A stretch of 56,266 nucleotides of DNA, the filler included, from Catajapyx aquilonaris (taxonomy: Eukaryota): assembly GCA_000934665.2 (NCBI GenBank). It is 2 parts of 2 records of this genome, joined end to end, with 100 filler letters (N's around TTAATTAATTAA, not from the genome) between each part and the next. Parts side by side here need not be neighbours in the genome. Positions count along the whole stretch, not along the records: positions 1 to 28,228 come from JYFJ02004979.1; 1 more part is not named here. The stretch is one strand, 5' to 3'. Below are positions 1 to 12,708 of the stretch, one piece after another. Position numbers and translations under genes: made by a program. Each line of letters opens with the position of its first letter. The stretch's first letter is position 1. A model generated the notes under the pieces. That model was given only the letters and a program-made list of their open reading frames with translations, was not told the origin of the DNA and made no database searches.

Positions 1-96
1 GATACGTCAAAAAAGTCTTACAATAGGTTACAATATTATGAAACGGACCGATCGGCCATGGGCCCCCCCCGAAAAAATTTCCTGCCTACGCCACTG
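1..96. mobile_element. End of a hAT-like non-autonomous element, truncated by the window edge
   Basis: Ends in ...CCTACGCCACTG, the reverse complement of CAGTGGCGTAG, a common hAT-MITE terminus, after a poly-C tract. Confidence 0.45.
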
Positions 97-2836
97 CATG
101 GAGGCAATAGCTTGTACACATTTCCCTGATACACATACCAAATGTCTCTAGAGGTTATGTTTGAGAGATTGGTTACTTGTGTCATCAGGTGTACACTTTG
201 TCATGTAACTACACAGAGGCTCCAATGCATTCTGATCGAAAATTATTATTCAAAATCACGAGTAGTTATAATCAAGTCTACATTTCAAAAAGGAGTGCCC
301 AACCCTTAAGTGGGCTCTACACAGTCGGTCCGACTCCAACTCTCTCTGACTTGGAGGCATCGGACACCCTCTTCAGATAGAGGTCTGCTGCTCAATGTCC
401 AATGTCCGATGTTCGAAGGGGGGTGGGGGGTGGGGGGAGAGGGGAGAGAGAGAGAGATTTTCTTGTGGAGGGGTGTGGGGGCAAAGTTTGCTTACTATGT
501 TTATGTGGAGGTGAAGGTGGTGTGGGGGGCAGCGAGTTCAGCGGGAAGGCACCACGAGCCAATCAATCAGACAGCCATGTTANCCCCTTTTTTTTGGGGG
601 GGGGGGGAAAGAGAGAGAGAGAGAACTATTTAGGTGTTCCTCTTGGTTTAACTTAAACATCAGTGTGCGCCAAAGTTTGGGTTGTAGTTAAAACTGTCAG
701 TGACAGGTTTTTAGTCACTGAGGTTAGCCGCTAACCTTTAAATATTTTTGGCATCCTCCTCTTCCCATCTACTGTAACATGCTCACCCATCACATTAAAC
801 TCTAATTAGATTTTCCTCATTCCAGACCAGACGTATGGTTCGTGACAATGACCCAGGCCTTGTACTGGATAACAGATCCACGCCCCGCCATTGAGTTGAA
901 CACCAATTTCGACCCCTGGGACTGCAGGAAGAGGACCAACATACCCCCACCACCCTGCAACCTGCCCAATAAGTGCCCACTCACCCACAAGCTAGAAGGA
1001 ATAGGGGCACAGACCCGGTAAGGAAAAACTTCAAGAAAAGCTAATATTGTGCTATGCAATACAAGCAGATGGGGTCCACATTCTGTACACTTTCCAAAGG
1101 GTATCCACTGTAACAGGACAAGATTGATTTCTATTTAACAAAAATACTCACTTTAAGAACATCTACATATTATACAGGCTGTTCACGAATTCATCTGCCA
1201 ATATGATACCCTCGTAGGGGGTGAATATGGAAGAGGCATGGTATGCAGTGCCGGATTTCCCATTAGGCACAGTAGGCACTTGCCTAGGGGCAGCAGCAAG
1301 TTGCAATAAATATTTTTTCAAATACAATAAAATAAATAAATGTGAGATTTTATGATTTAAAGAAGATTTAAATATTGCTGAAATCCCAGAATTGAGCTAG
1401 GCTTCATACAATCTCTATCATTGCGCATAGATCGTCTTCCAATATGGCCTCCCGAGGATGATGTCATATCAAAATGTCAGACAAAATACTCGAGCATGTA
1501 ATTTTTGTGGTGGGTTCTCCCTGTTTTGCTTGTGAATATGCCAAAAGCCGCATTCATTTACACCTTATAGAATTTCCGCAAAAAATTCTTGAAATTTCAA
1601 GGACAGTCATATCCCACCTGGTGGGAACGCGGCGGTGACAGGATTAAATATTTAGCAACCCACAGCCACTTCCATACCAGGTGTATGGCACACCCTGTGC
1701 TCATTAGGTCTTCTCCCCCACCCTGGTGGGGTAACCACTAAGGTGTTGCCTCCCTACTAAAAAGCTAGGCGGCACCGACCTGGCGGGCGATTCTGAAGCA
1801 CTTCGCATTGATTCACAGTCATAATGCAACTATGAATCGATGTGAAGTGAAAGGCAAAATTGGCTGCCAGGTCGGAGTTACCAGCCCTGAGTATTATAAG
1901 ACCGTGCTCAAAAGCATGTCATCTCTTCATGTGAATATAAATTCCAGATATCAATTCATTCATGATGCGACCATAACAACATCTTTGTCGGCCAATGCAG
2001 GTCCCTTCCCCCTCCACCTCACCTAGAAAAAATTGATTAGTTTTCCAGCACCTTGACTGTCCACTGAGAATGTTTCATTTTATTTTAATAGGATTCAACA
2101 ATGGCTACCTAGTAGTTCCTTGTACACTTGGAATGCACCATGTTGCAAAAACTGCATGCGTCATAATGTAGCTCACATCCATATCAGTGAAAATTTTATG
2201 GACATGCTTCACCTTAAACTCTGGCATATGGTTATGTAAAACATTGGAAAGCCATTTAAATGGACTTTCCAATGGTGTGCATAAGAAAAAGCAATAGGAG
2301 CACGTGGAATTTTCCAGCATGGTTTTTATATGATCCGATTACATTTCTCTTGTAAATCATTAATATTTATATGTCAACAAAATAATACATGAACTGAAAC
2401 TCATATGTACATGCCCACTCCTTCTAGATACATGGAGACATGCTTCAAGTGCCCCCGGCAGTATCCCTGGGTGGGAGATTCTAAAGGCAGCGGACAAGTT
2501 CAGGATGAGTTCTATCCGGAAGACAGAGAGCAAGTCTAATTTTCTACTACTGCTCAATCCAACAGCATTGTGTATGCGTGTATGTGTGGGTACCAAATTT
2601 ATCCACTTTTTTGTGCATGTACAGTATACACAGCCTCTTCATTGTTGTTCTGTTTAAGTCATGCACACCTCAATGAGTGGACACGTGCATGGCTGTAGCA
2701 CTAATTTTTTTTTTTCTTCCTACCAGTCAAGGGAAGGTAAATAAAATAACATGACTGTTGAAATTGTATATTTGTTTTTACACTTTGTTACACATTCTCA
2801 CACTACTGTTCCTGTATTACTAGTATCAGCACATTC

Positions 2837-2886
2837 TCAACGAATTGGGACCCATGGCAGAAGAATATCCTTGTACTGCTTCCGTT
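2837..2886 (-). CDS. NDUFC2: NADH dehydrogenase 1 subunit C2 (B14.5b), exon 3 (last coding exon)
   Basis: Acceptor tttgtaatttccag, then (E)RKQYKDILLPWVPIR-TGA. Matches the C-terminal ERKxYxxxLxxWxPxR of invertebrate B14.5b. Phase 1 fits exon 2. Confidence 0.93.
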
Positions 2887-4410
2887 CTGGAAATTACAAA
2901 GCACTCTTTTAGGACATGCATACGGAACTAATGCTTACACCATAGCATGTCACTGTTCAAGGTCACACATTTGACCAACATTTTGACACCGAATAATTAT
3001 CTTGACCTCTCTGTACCACTTTTCTAAATATCCATGAAATACTTCAATGAACAAACTCTTTGGATGCCGTCCCATTGTCCTCTTTGCCTCTCAATTCTGG
3101 ACCAATACCTCAGAAATATCAGTCAGCAAAAGTTAGCTCTGTATTGAAAATTCTCACATTTAAACACTTACAATTTTTTTTTAATCACCTCATAACACCA
3201 ATGTCATTGCATAAAGTGACTCAAAAATCCTACTACTGCAATCTAACAAAGCAGCTCAATTTTCAATTACAAAATTGCAAAACATGGTGGACTCTTGATC
3301 TCAAATTCTGCTTGCCCAACCTCAGAATAATTCAGTCACCTTGAATTTCTGGCTGTTTGAAATGCAGAGAAGTTCCCCATGCTCCTCAAATGGCAAGTAG
3401 GTTGCCAGAGAGATTCTTACTGGACGATGGGGACCCTAAAAATGGCACTGCTGGTATACATACCCTTTGTCTCCCGTGGCCATGTTGGTCGTATGATCAT
3501 ACAACCAAACAAAATAATTTTTTAAACTTCACTGGTATAACCCTGATGGAAATTTCTTTCACCATAGCCTTATGTTAAGGCTTCTAGTTTCTATGTTCAT
3601 GAGTATTTACGCCAACTGGCGTGATATTTTAATGCCATGATGTCATAGGCCAAAGGTCTCATTAATTGTAAACAAACACTTACTGCACGAATTTAAATAC
3701 CCATAGCTCCAAGCCACATATTTCCCAGGAAGTGGACATGCAGCTGAAAACCATTTAAAAATTCCCGAAATTCTGCGACTTACTTTTCACTGGGGGTAAA
3801 ATCAAAATGATCTGTCAAGGGTAGGCAAACTCCCCCGGCACCATTGTGGCCGTGAAAGTGGCCTCGCTCCTAATTGGCTGGGCAGACTGTTCTAAGCTCT
3901 ACGCGGTGCCCGCTTGCCACCTGAGCCATCTTTCGTTGCACCTGGTGGCTCACATTACCTCTTTTTAAACCAGACCTTTAAAAAAAATTTAGTCGACATT
4001 TAATGTGTAAGGGAGTGGGCAGTCATATAAATTATCTTGGATTTTTTCGAAGGGTGGAAGCCGCCTAAAAAAAACTATGTAGATGTCGCAATAGGATGAC
4101 GTCACCTTCTAGTGCATAGCATATGAGGCGGTACATGGCTCTCTCAAGATGCAACTCTGGTTTGTAGGTTTCCGATGCTTCAGCCCCATCTTGTGCATGA
4201 ATTGAGAGCGAAACCAATGGTGCCAGATCTGGTGATTTTCACCAAGAGTGCTATTTTTAAACCCCCACCCAAACAGTGCAGAATCCAGAGGGAGACAAAG
4301 AGTTAACTATTAGGGCTTTAAAAATGTGCCACAGAGTCCAGAAAAATCCAGTCACAGCAGAGGACTAGATAGTGTGTATCTCCAATGTCAATGTCCAAAT
4401 TCTGAATGAT

Positions 4411-4975
4411 TATTGAGTGACATCGCCTCCTGCTGTAGTTACTGTATGCAGGCAGGCATAGAATCACAGAGGATGGGACAATCAGCCATTATTGTGAACT
4501 CCTTCCAAACTACCCACCTGATATGGTGAGAAGGCAAACATATCCGCAGCTTCTGCTTCATCTTCTTCCAGACAATCTCAAATGGGTTCAGGTCAGGACT
4601 GTTTGGTGGCCACAGCAGTGTCTTACTACTCTATTATGTGTCAAACCCTCACCATTCCTTGGATTCGGCTGCATGGATGACACAACTTTCGAATGGAACT
4701 CAATAGCCCCTGTCTTAGTGTGTCAATAGTGTCATACCATATGGCCAAATCAAATAAACAGGGGAATTAAATGCACACAAAGTTGAGAATTTGCTGTGGC
4801 TACCAGTCCTGACCTGAATGTAATGGAGACTGTCTGGAAGAAGATGAAGCAGAAGTTGCAATTATGTCTGTCTTCTCACCATAGGAAGGCAGTTGTGAGG
4901 GGTTCACAGTAATACTGATTCTCTTCATGCCCACATTAAGATGGTAACTGCAGCAGGGTGTGACATCACTCAATA
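4411..4975. mobile_element. Foldback made from an inverted duplication of a Tc1 transposase 3' fragment
   Basis: Arms ~4411-4617 and ~4793-4975 are diverged inverted copies. The left arm on the minus strand reads WPPNSPDLNPFEIVWKKMKQK, the Tc1 DD34E motif. Confidence 0.7.
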
Positions 4976-5068
4976 TTCATTGTGTTTGGACCACAGTCTT
5001 AGAAGAAGAGGTCGGGACACTCGCCGCCATCTTGTGTGCCGTTATACCTTCCCGCATTGGCCCTATTA

Positions 5069-5249
5069 TATCTGCAATGGAATCATGCTGTGGAACTCGC
5101 TGCGACTAGCGACCCTGATGGTACAACTATGCATTAACACCTACTACCGATAGTGATTGAGAGCGATACACCAAGCTGCATAGTTGTACCGTCAGGGTCG
5201 CTAGTCTCTATGGCACAGCGAGTTCCACAGCGTGATTCCATTGCAGATA
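5069..5249. repeat. Palindromic MITE-like hairpin
   Basis: TATCTGCAATGGAATCA...ACAACTATGCA pairs with TGCATAGTTGTAC...ATTGCAGATA; arms ~65 bp. Confidence 0.7.
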
Positions 5250-5329
5250 TATTAGTGTCAATGCAGGGGGCTGGTTTGGACATAATGGCATTTGGTAGAT
5301 AAGAGCAAGTCAAATGAAAGTGAGCCAAG

Positions 5330-5800
5330 GCCAAGACAGACAGTATTACATTTATGTCCAAGGAAATCACATCAGCATCAAGACATTTGTCCCACTGACA
5401 AATAACCTGGTGATTCCACATTCATATAAGTCTGTTGACTGCTGCATCAGGATTAGAGTAACTGTCTCCTGGACATCAGGTCCAACCCAAATCTTCAGCT
5501 GCTTCTTCAACCCACAAAAATTGTGAAAGTCACACGGCGAAAGGTCTGGGCTATTGTGTGAGTGTGCAAGACTTACCCACTTGAACTTCTACATCGTTTC
5601 CACATTCACATTACCCATATCAGGTTGTGTATTGTCATACAACAAGATGACATCCCTCGACAATGAGCTACAGTGCTTGTTTTTAATTGCCCAATTCAGG
5701 CATTGCAGCATGGCACAATAGCAAGCAGCATTGACACTCTCCCCATGTTCAGCATTTTCAATCAGTAATGGACCCTCACTGTCAAAAAAGCCAGAAGCTG
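5330..5800 (-). pseudogene. Decayed mariner transposase fragment
   Basis: Minus strand gives ILLYDNTQP (cf. LLHDNARPH) near 5630-5650 and HNSPDLSPCDFH (cf. YSPDLAPSDF) near 5525-5560; the frame is disrupted. Confidence 0.65.
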
Positions 5801-5917
5801 ATGTCCAGGAGGCAATTCCACTAATTCTGATGCAGTAACCAAGAGATGTCTATGGACGTGCAATCATAGGCTCCTTCATCATTGGGTCAAATGCCTCAAT
5901 GCTGGTAGTAACTTTTA

Positions 5918-5941
5918 ATAATTTTAATAATAATAATAATA

Positions 5942-6009
<68 letters not shown>

Positions 6010-6264
6010 GATACCCCATGATAGGCCTCCTTGGGCCTCTTAGGGGTTCATCTTTTAAATACCCGACATTAATCATTGCCTGTGCTGTGATGGATTTTGA
6101 TTGTGGGAGGAAACAGGAGAACCCCAAGAAAACCCACGTGAACACGGAGAGAACCCATCGAAACTCTATCCAACATAGGTATCCTCCGTTCCACCCGGGG
6201 ATCGAACTCTGGACCTTAGAGGTGGCAGGCTGCGGCGCCAACCACTTGGCCACCGTGTCGCCCT
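5918..6264 (-). mobile_element. tRNA-derived SINE with a V-domain-like core and (TTA)n tail
   Basis: A box TGGCCAAGTGG and B box GTTCGATCC; core TCTCTCCGTGTTCACGTGGGTTTTCTTGGGGTTCTCCTGTTTCCTCCCACA; (TTA)n tail; 12-bp TSD TAGTAACTTTTA at 5906-5917 and 6265-6276. Confidence 0.9.
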
Positions 6265-6769
6265 TAGTAACTTTTATTAAATTTAAAGGTTATACTCTCT
6301 GACACAATTGCCTTGGCTCATTTTCATTTGACTAGCCCTCATATTTTAAAATAAACACTACCTAATACGCTGCTGGGACCAAATTCTTCTGCACTCTGTG
6401 GCACATTTTAACCCTTTGATACCTACATACATCATATGATGTCCTGAAGTTGTTTAATTTGGTGCGCTAGGATGTGCATAGAGAATGCGAACTTTGCGGT
6501 TCCAAATGCAGTTCAATATGCTCCTGACCTCTCTTGGATGGTGACTCACCTACCATAGAAATCCCAGAAACACCCCCCCCCCCCCCCCCCCCCCCCCCNC
6601 CTCATTCCCGTCAAGGTAAGTCATATAGGCCAAGGTTATTTTCTTCCCGCAGGAGTGCCTATGTAAACATCCGCCAGCAATGCAGGGTGTCCCGTAAAGT
6701 CTGGACCCTTGGGAGTTTCTCATAGTACATTGTTGTGGTAATATTATGTAACCATAATAACAATGTATA

Positions 6770-7155
6770 CACTGTAAACCACAAAACATTCTAAGAACAT
6801 CACAGGTGAAGCCCTATTCACACAGGCCGTCGCCTGTCTTGTCTTCGGTTCCGTTGATGCCGCCGACCAATCAGAGCGGGGCCCACTGCTGTTTACATAT
6901 TTCAGTTGCTCATAAGCGCTGCCCAAGCGCATGTTCCTACTGGCCAGTCGCAGTTTGAGATCAACCGTGACTGCAACAAAAACAGATCGAACAGACTTTG
7001 GTTGAAACCGCCTGTTCGACCGACAAGACGGGCAATGGCCTGTGTGAATGGGCCTTGAGTCTCTCATGGAACATCAATTTTTAATGCTCTTAAAAGTTGA
7101 TGTTCCATGAGAGACTCACCAGTGATGCTCTTTTAATGTTTTGCAGTTTACAGTG
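6770..7155. mobile_element. Palindromic CACTG-ended MITE (CMC/EnSpm-like) flanked by TA
   Basis: ta-CACTGTAAA...TTTACAGTG-ta. Once the nested 6810-7055 insert is removed, the element is an almost complete palindrome. Confidence 0.75.
6810..7055. mobile_element. PIF/Harbinger-like MITE nested in the previous element
   Basis: TIR AGCCCTATTCACACAGGCC...GGCCTGTGTGAATGGGCCT with 3-bp TGA on both sides. The host's opposite arm shows the empty site. Confidence 0.75.
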
Positions 7156-7440
7156 TAGTGACTGAGTCAACTTGTTAGGCTTATCGACGTTCTAAGAGCC
7201 AGACAATTCTAAACAATTTATTTCTGGGACACCCTGTGGATTAATTTTTTCTGACATGGTACATTCAAAAGGTCCGTGACGAATTAAAATTATTAATTTT
7301 GGCACGAAGTTGTTATTCATTAATATCACTCCTACATCGAACTTCCGACAAAAAAGAAAAAAAGCAGCCCATAAACCAGCCAAAAAATCCGCCGTCAAGG
7401 GTTAAAGCCCTGGTAGTTAATATAGTACAGTAGTTATAAT

Positions 7441-8532
7441 TAGAGTCTGGATTTTTAGGCATGAAAAAACCCCAAAATAGGCACAAAAAAGACCTGAAAT
7501 AGGCACTTAAATAGGCATGGAAAAACCTCAAATAGGTACAAAATTGTTACTTTTTCGGGAGTACGGAGGATAATGTTACATAAAATAAAAAAGCTAGAAT
7601 AATTTTATAGGCCTAAAGTATAATAATAATAATATTATAATAATTTGATACCCCATTATCAGCCTACCAGGCTTTTCTAGGGGGAGATTTCTCCCAATTT
7701 TTTGTCTGGAACTCTTCCATTTTAACTATTTTTCTCATCATCGGAATGAAGCAGGGAAAGGGAAGGAAGGAAGCCGCTGTGGCCTATATTACGGTAACGA
7801 CCCCGGAATTATCCTGCAAGGACCATGGGAAACCACAGAAAACCATGGTCAGGGTCGCCGGCCTCCGGGATTCGAACCCAGGACCTCCCGATTAGCAGTC
7901 GGACACCCTATCCACTCCACCACTACTGCTTCGGTTATAGGCCTAAAGTATAAATATAAGGTCACAAATGATAGCCAAAACTGAATAACAACGATAAACT
8001 GAGAGGAAATCACGAAACTTGGGCAAAAAACAAAAAGTGCAAGCAAGTATCACTTGCTCTGGACTCAACAGCATATAGCAAGTTTCCATTTGCACAATAT
8101 GTTACCAAATATTTTTCTAAATTTTCCTGTTTGGAAGAATCAGAGGAAAATTTAGAAAAATATTTGGCTTCGCGTCACAGAAACATGATTCGTAATATTA
8201 CTTCTGAACGATTTTGGTCCTTTCAGGAGCACAAAAAATACTCCACAAAAAACAAACATGCCTCTGAAGGAATATGTCCGGAATAAGCCCTCAAAGTCCC
8301 GAAATTGCTTCAAAAAGTTCAAAAACTATCCCAAAAAAGGCCAAATAGGCATGAAAAGTCGCAAAAAGGCAGAATATGCAAAATAGTTCCCAAAACCACG
8401 AAATATACCATTTTAGGCACTATAAACCTACATTTACCACATCATGCACTTATGAAATGGATAGATCTCTTCACAAAACCATCCCAACTGTTGACGAACT
8501 AGATACGCATTTGCCTAAAAATCCAGACTCTA
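7441..8532. mobile_element. Non-autonomous hAT element
   Basis: TIR TAGAGTCTGGATTTTTAGGCA / TGCCTAAAAATCCAGACTCTA; 8-bp TSD GTTATAAT at 7433-7440 and 8533-8540; subterminal AAATAGGCA repeats. Confidence 0.9.
7624..7934 (-). mobile_element. tRNA-derived SINE (Inv-domain-like family) nested in the hAT element
   Basis: A box TGGAGTGG and B box GGTTCGAATCC; core GGTTTTCTGTGGTTTCCC...TAGGCCACAGCGGCTTCCTTCC; 19-bp TSD TTATAGGCCTAAAGTATAA at 7605-7623 and 7935-7953. Confidence 0.9.
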
Positions 8533-8772
8533 GTTATAATAGAGGTGCCATTTTTAGTGTCCTCATGGTCCAGGATTGACCCTTTCTGGTAAGATCCTCT
8601 CTGGAATCCTACTTGCTATTTGAGGAGAGCATGGGACACCTCTTCACAAATAGAGCAACCAGAAATTCAAGGTGATCAAATATTATTCTGAAGTCGGGCA
8701 AGAATACATGGAAAAACTACACGAATGGTCACTGGGATGACCACTTGACATGAGACAGAGATTTCAACTTGC

Positions 8773-8916
8773 CTGGACTTGGGAAGTCCTCAGGATGCAA
8801 GGTCATATAGTGATGATAAATTGCATCCCTCTGAGCAGCAGTTTTCTCCTTTTTGTCCAGGACATAAAAGCCAACTCCAGTTCCAGCAGCAGTGCTAATA
8901 AGGTGCTTCTGGATAC
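8773..8916 (-). CDS. NDUFC2: NADH dehydrogenase 1 subunit C2 (B14.5b), exon 2
   Basis: Acceptor ttttctgcag; encodes (G)IQKHLISTAAGTGVGFYVLDKKEKTAAQRDAIYHHYMTLHPEDFPSP, containing the B14.5b RDAxxxHYxxLHPEDF motif; donor CAG|GCAAGT. Confidence 0.93.
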
Positions 8917-9114
8917 CTGCAGAAAATGTATCATATTAAACCAAGCATGCTTGAGACTAATGACTATCTAATACAAGTCTTTATTTTTTGGGCTGTTTAA
9001 GCAGACAATGAGGTTTAACTTTTGCCTTTCTGTAATGTCCCAAATTCCTTGTACTCCTGTGAAATATGGATAAGAGAAAAAACCTGCAGGATTTCATTTT
9101 TCCGGTCTCACTAA

Positions 9115-9945
9115 CAAGGGAACCTCTCGAAGTGTCACTCGAAGTTCAAAGTGAAATTTTTTTTTTCGGGTTCCTTATCAGCTAGAAGGAAAACACCCTT
9201 CCGGAGAAATCCTCGATCTCAAGCGTTTTCGAGATACAGGGGTCAAAAGGTCAAGAATGGACCACTTTATGAAGGCCCTGAGGAAGCTATCATTAGTGCT
9301 ATCGGCGAGATTTTTGGGATCTAGAGGTTTCTTGGGATGGGGAATACAGTGGCACAACCGAAAATCATGAATTATGCACATGAAGGGTACTTCTCAGGGG
9401 AGGGGGTGGAAGGTGGGGGGACAAAAATTACTATAAACAAAGTCTTTTCTACTCCTTACGTCTTTAGACAGCACTGATTGGACACCGAAGTTGGTGAATT
9501 TCATTAACTATAATTATCATGTAAACATGAATTATGTAGAATTTCTGAAGCACTCCTCTTGACGAAATTCACCAACTTGGGTGTCCAGTCAGTGCTGCCT
9601 AAAGACGTAAGGAGTAGAAAATACTTTGTTTATAGTAATTTTTGTCCCCCCCACCTCCCTCCCCTTCCCTGAGAAGTACCCTTCATGTGCATAATTCATG
9701 ATTTTCGGTTGTGCCACTGTATTCCCCATCCCAAGAAACCTCTAGAAAATCTCGCCGATAGCACTAATGATAGCTTCCTCAGGGCCTTCATAAAGTGGTC
9801 CATTCTTGACCTTTTGACCCCTGTATCTCGAAAACGCTTGAGATCGAGGATTTCTCCGGAAGGGTGTTTTCCTTCTAGCTGATAAGGAACCCGAAAAAAA
9901 ATATTTCACCTTGAACTTCGAGTGACACTTTGAGAGGTTCCCTTG
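9115..9945. mobile_element. Foldback element with ~390-bp inverted arms
   Basis: 9115-~9507 is the near-perfect reverse complement of ~9560-9945; ends CAAGGGAACC...GGTTCCCTTG with TAA on both sides. Confidence 0.9.
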
Positions 9946-10019
9946 TAAGAGTAGATTTCCGCAAGCTAATTAATATACGAGCGTTAGATTTTATATAGTG
10001 CCAACCCTGTTCCCCTTGC

Positions 10020-10526
10020 GCATGGAAACGGGGTTGTGGCTTCTGCGCAAGAAGGGAGATCCAGACAGACGTGGGGCATGTTCGTGTCAGGTTTGGACCC
10101 GATTGTGCTACTGGCGACGGTGACAGGGTAGTTCAAAGGGGCTGCATCCTCATGCACCGCCCTAAGCCATACCATCGAAGCTAGAACAAAGCTCTTGGTT
10201 GAAGATCGAGGTAGCGAGGCAGGACTGTCAATGCCCAGTAGACCATCTGAGAGCAGCGATACGATGCAAGTGACTGCACTACCTGAACACCAGTCCTATC
10301 ATGTTGCACAATACGCCTTGCCATGATGCACCTGCAGTGAGAGAATTACTGCTTCATTGGCAATGAAAAAACACTGTAGAACCTTCCCTACTCTCTCCAG
10401 ACAGCTGCGATAGTACTGGACATTGACAGTCCTGCCTCGCCACCTCGATCTTCAACCAAGAGCGCTATTCTAACTTTGATGTCATGGCTTAGGGCACACA
10501 GTGGTGCCCCAACCCAGTTTTCATGG
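10020..10526. repeat. Diverged inverted-repeat (MITE-like) element
   Basis: Inner arms ~10160-10240 and ~10413-10494 (CTCTTGGTTGAAGATCGAGG core); outer CATGGAAACGGGGTTG pairs with CAACCCAGTTTTCATG. Confidence 0.7.
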
Positions 10527-11782
10527 ACAAAAGTCGATAGTAAAAAAATTAATTATATTATATTCAGATCTTTCTACTCAGAAAGGGAAGATTCCAGAGC
10601 ATCAGAAACTGGTACATGTTAATCTTTAGAACTGGAAACTGCAAAGGTACAGCTCACCAAAATAGAGGAAAATTCAAATGTGAGCTTTTCAAGTTTTTCT
10701 CAACAATTTTCAGATGCCTATAGCCCATGTAAACATGCTTGTCCTCGAGTTATTTAGATATTATAATGCACATAGGACTGTTTACTGTGATTTGATGGTA
10801 GTGATAGCCTGATCTACGCGAGTCACTTACTGGGGAGTAAGGGAAATTACGTGTCTAAATATTCCATTTGAGGGAAAATATTGGAGCTATAACCCATCCA
10901 TATTAATCCATAATGACCGGACATAGCATACCGTGTGCGCCCGACTCTTCGCTACAGAGGCATGAAGATATAACGTGCACCTAGCAGCGCTTTCAGATTT
11001 TAGGCTGGAAAATATTTAACCCCACCGTGCTACTCACCCGCCCGCCCAGCTTACAGCTACAATGCATGAAATACGCTAATTGTTTTTTTCTTCTTCTTCT
11101 TATACCCCATTAGAGGGAACTGTGTCCTTTTAGTGTTTGTCATTTTTACCTCATATTTTACCATCTGGCCCTCTACACTTTAACCTTAATTAGACGGGGA
11201 GTTTTTTTCTCGTTTTTGCAAGGATCTGCAAAAAATTCGCTTGCGTTGTCATTTGAGGGACCACACATGACTAATCTAGTGAGTAACATCATGTTGTGTC
11301 TAGGCTTGATCCTGAGGCCATCTATGGGACCCTCTTGGTATATCATACGGAGATGTAAATTCTTAAATGCACAACAGGTGGCGCAGGGGGTGTGTTTCGC
11401 ACCTGCTCCAATTTTTTGTCACTCTCCTGCTCAGACAAGAAGTTTATGGGTATGTCGCCCTGGCACTGCTGAACAGACCAGTACATAAGCACAGGGCATG
11501 AATTACGTCAGAGGATGGGCATCCGAGCTACTGAGAGAAACATACACCCTCACAATAATTCTGAATTTGAATAATTTTTGTCATTTGGGACCTAAACACC
11601 TAGCAACAATGTAAAAGACATGACAAACAGTTTCGTTTGCTCCAAGTTCACGTATCACGCACGAGATGGCCACAAGGACTAGATCAAAACCCGCATTCTC
11701 TATGAATTGTGAACAGTGCAAACTTCAATTCGCTCTCTGAAAAATTACACTATTGTGGGTTATCATCTTTTTCCACTACACC

Positions 11783-12142
11783 CAGGGCTGCTTTGGGGGG
11801 TATACGCCGTATACCCACCGAAAATTTTAGCTGTGTAGCGTATACCCGCCGCCTTTGAAGAAAATACGCGGGTATATGCCGTATACCCACCGAAAAGGAA
11901 AAAAGAAAACAAAACGGGGGGGGGGGGGGGGGGGGNCTCTAGAACAGTGCAAAATTGCACTGTTTTATCTTTTATGGGTTCTTTTCCATTTTTGGGGGGT
12001 CGAGAGGAAGGGTTGTGACCTTGAACCGGAAAAAATTTTCGCCTGCACCTGGCCCTGCTTCCCCCCCTCCCCCCCAGCAAAAATTTCTGGATCCGCCACT
12101 GCCTACAGTATACCCACCGTCTTTCACAGCAAAGCAGCACTG
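11783..12142. mobile_element. hAT MITE
   Basis: TIR CAGGGCTGCTTTG / CAAAGCAGCACTG; 8-bp TSD ACTACACC at 11775-11782 and 12143-12150; internal GTATACCCACC repeats. Confidence 0.88.
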
Positions 12143-12536
12143 ACTACACCCCTCTAATGGCTCTGGGACAATAGACCCAGCCAAGAGCTCTTGACCCAGC
12201 GCATGGCCCTGGAGCTACGGAACTGAGAGAGAGCTCTAAACCACCTTCAAAACCCACTTCTGGGGTTGTTTTTTTTCTCCCAAAAAATGGTCCTGGTTTA
12301 CTTCTAATAGTGTGAAGTAAGAGTTGGTCCTAGTAAAACACATATTTTCTGTATTCCTTGCTCACCTCTTCTACATAATTACCGGACTACCCAATTTGTA
12401 ACAGTTTATGATACACCCAGTTTACAAATGACTCTTTAAACTACTCTTTCACCTGTCCCTGCAGCTGCGTGTCTGCAACAGCAACAGAACTGAACTAAAA
12501 GAAAGCATGTTATCCAGAACTGCATAACAATCTAAC

Positions 12537-12708
12537 CACTAAAGATGGGCTTCCTGTTGAAGAAATTGATTCCACATCCAAGTATGAACCCGATGACCCC
12601 TCCAGCGGACGGCCACCATGCAGTTCCAAGCACCGTTCGGGTCAGCCGCAACTCCTCAGGAGTCGATCGGAAGACGTTCGGGTCAATAGAATCCCCATTG
12701 GACGCCAT
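12537..12708 (-). CDS. NDUFC2: NADH dehydrogenase 1 subunit C2 (B14.5b), exon 1
   Basis: ATG at 12708; MASNGDSIDPNVFRS...WWPSAGGVIGFILGCGINFFNRKPIFS(G), a transmembrane segment plus the RKPxFSG motif; donor G|GTTAGA. Exons total 172+144+50=366 nt, giving 121 aa plus stop. Confidence 0.93.

Noticed and set aside
9178..9882. Pair of near-identical 65-67-aa ORFs on opposite strands
   Set aside because: By-product of the foldback arms; no coding signature.
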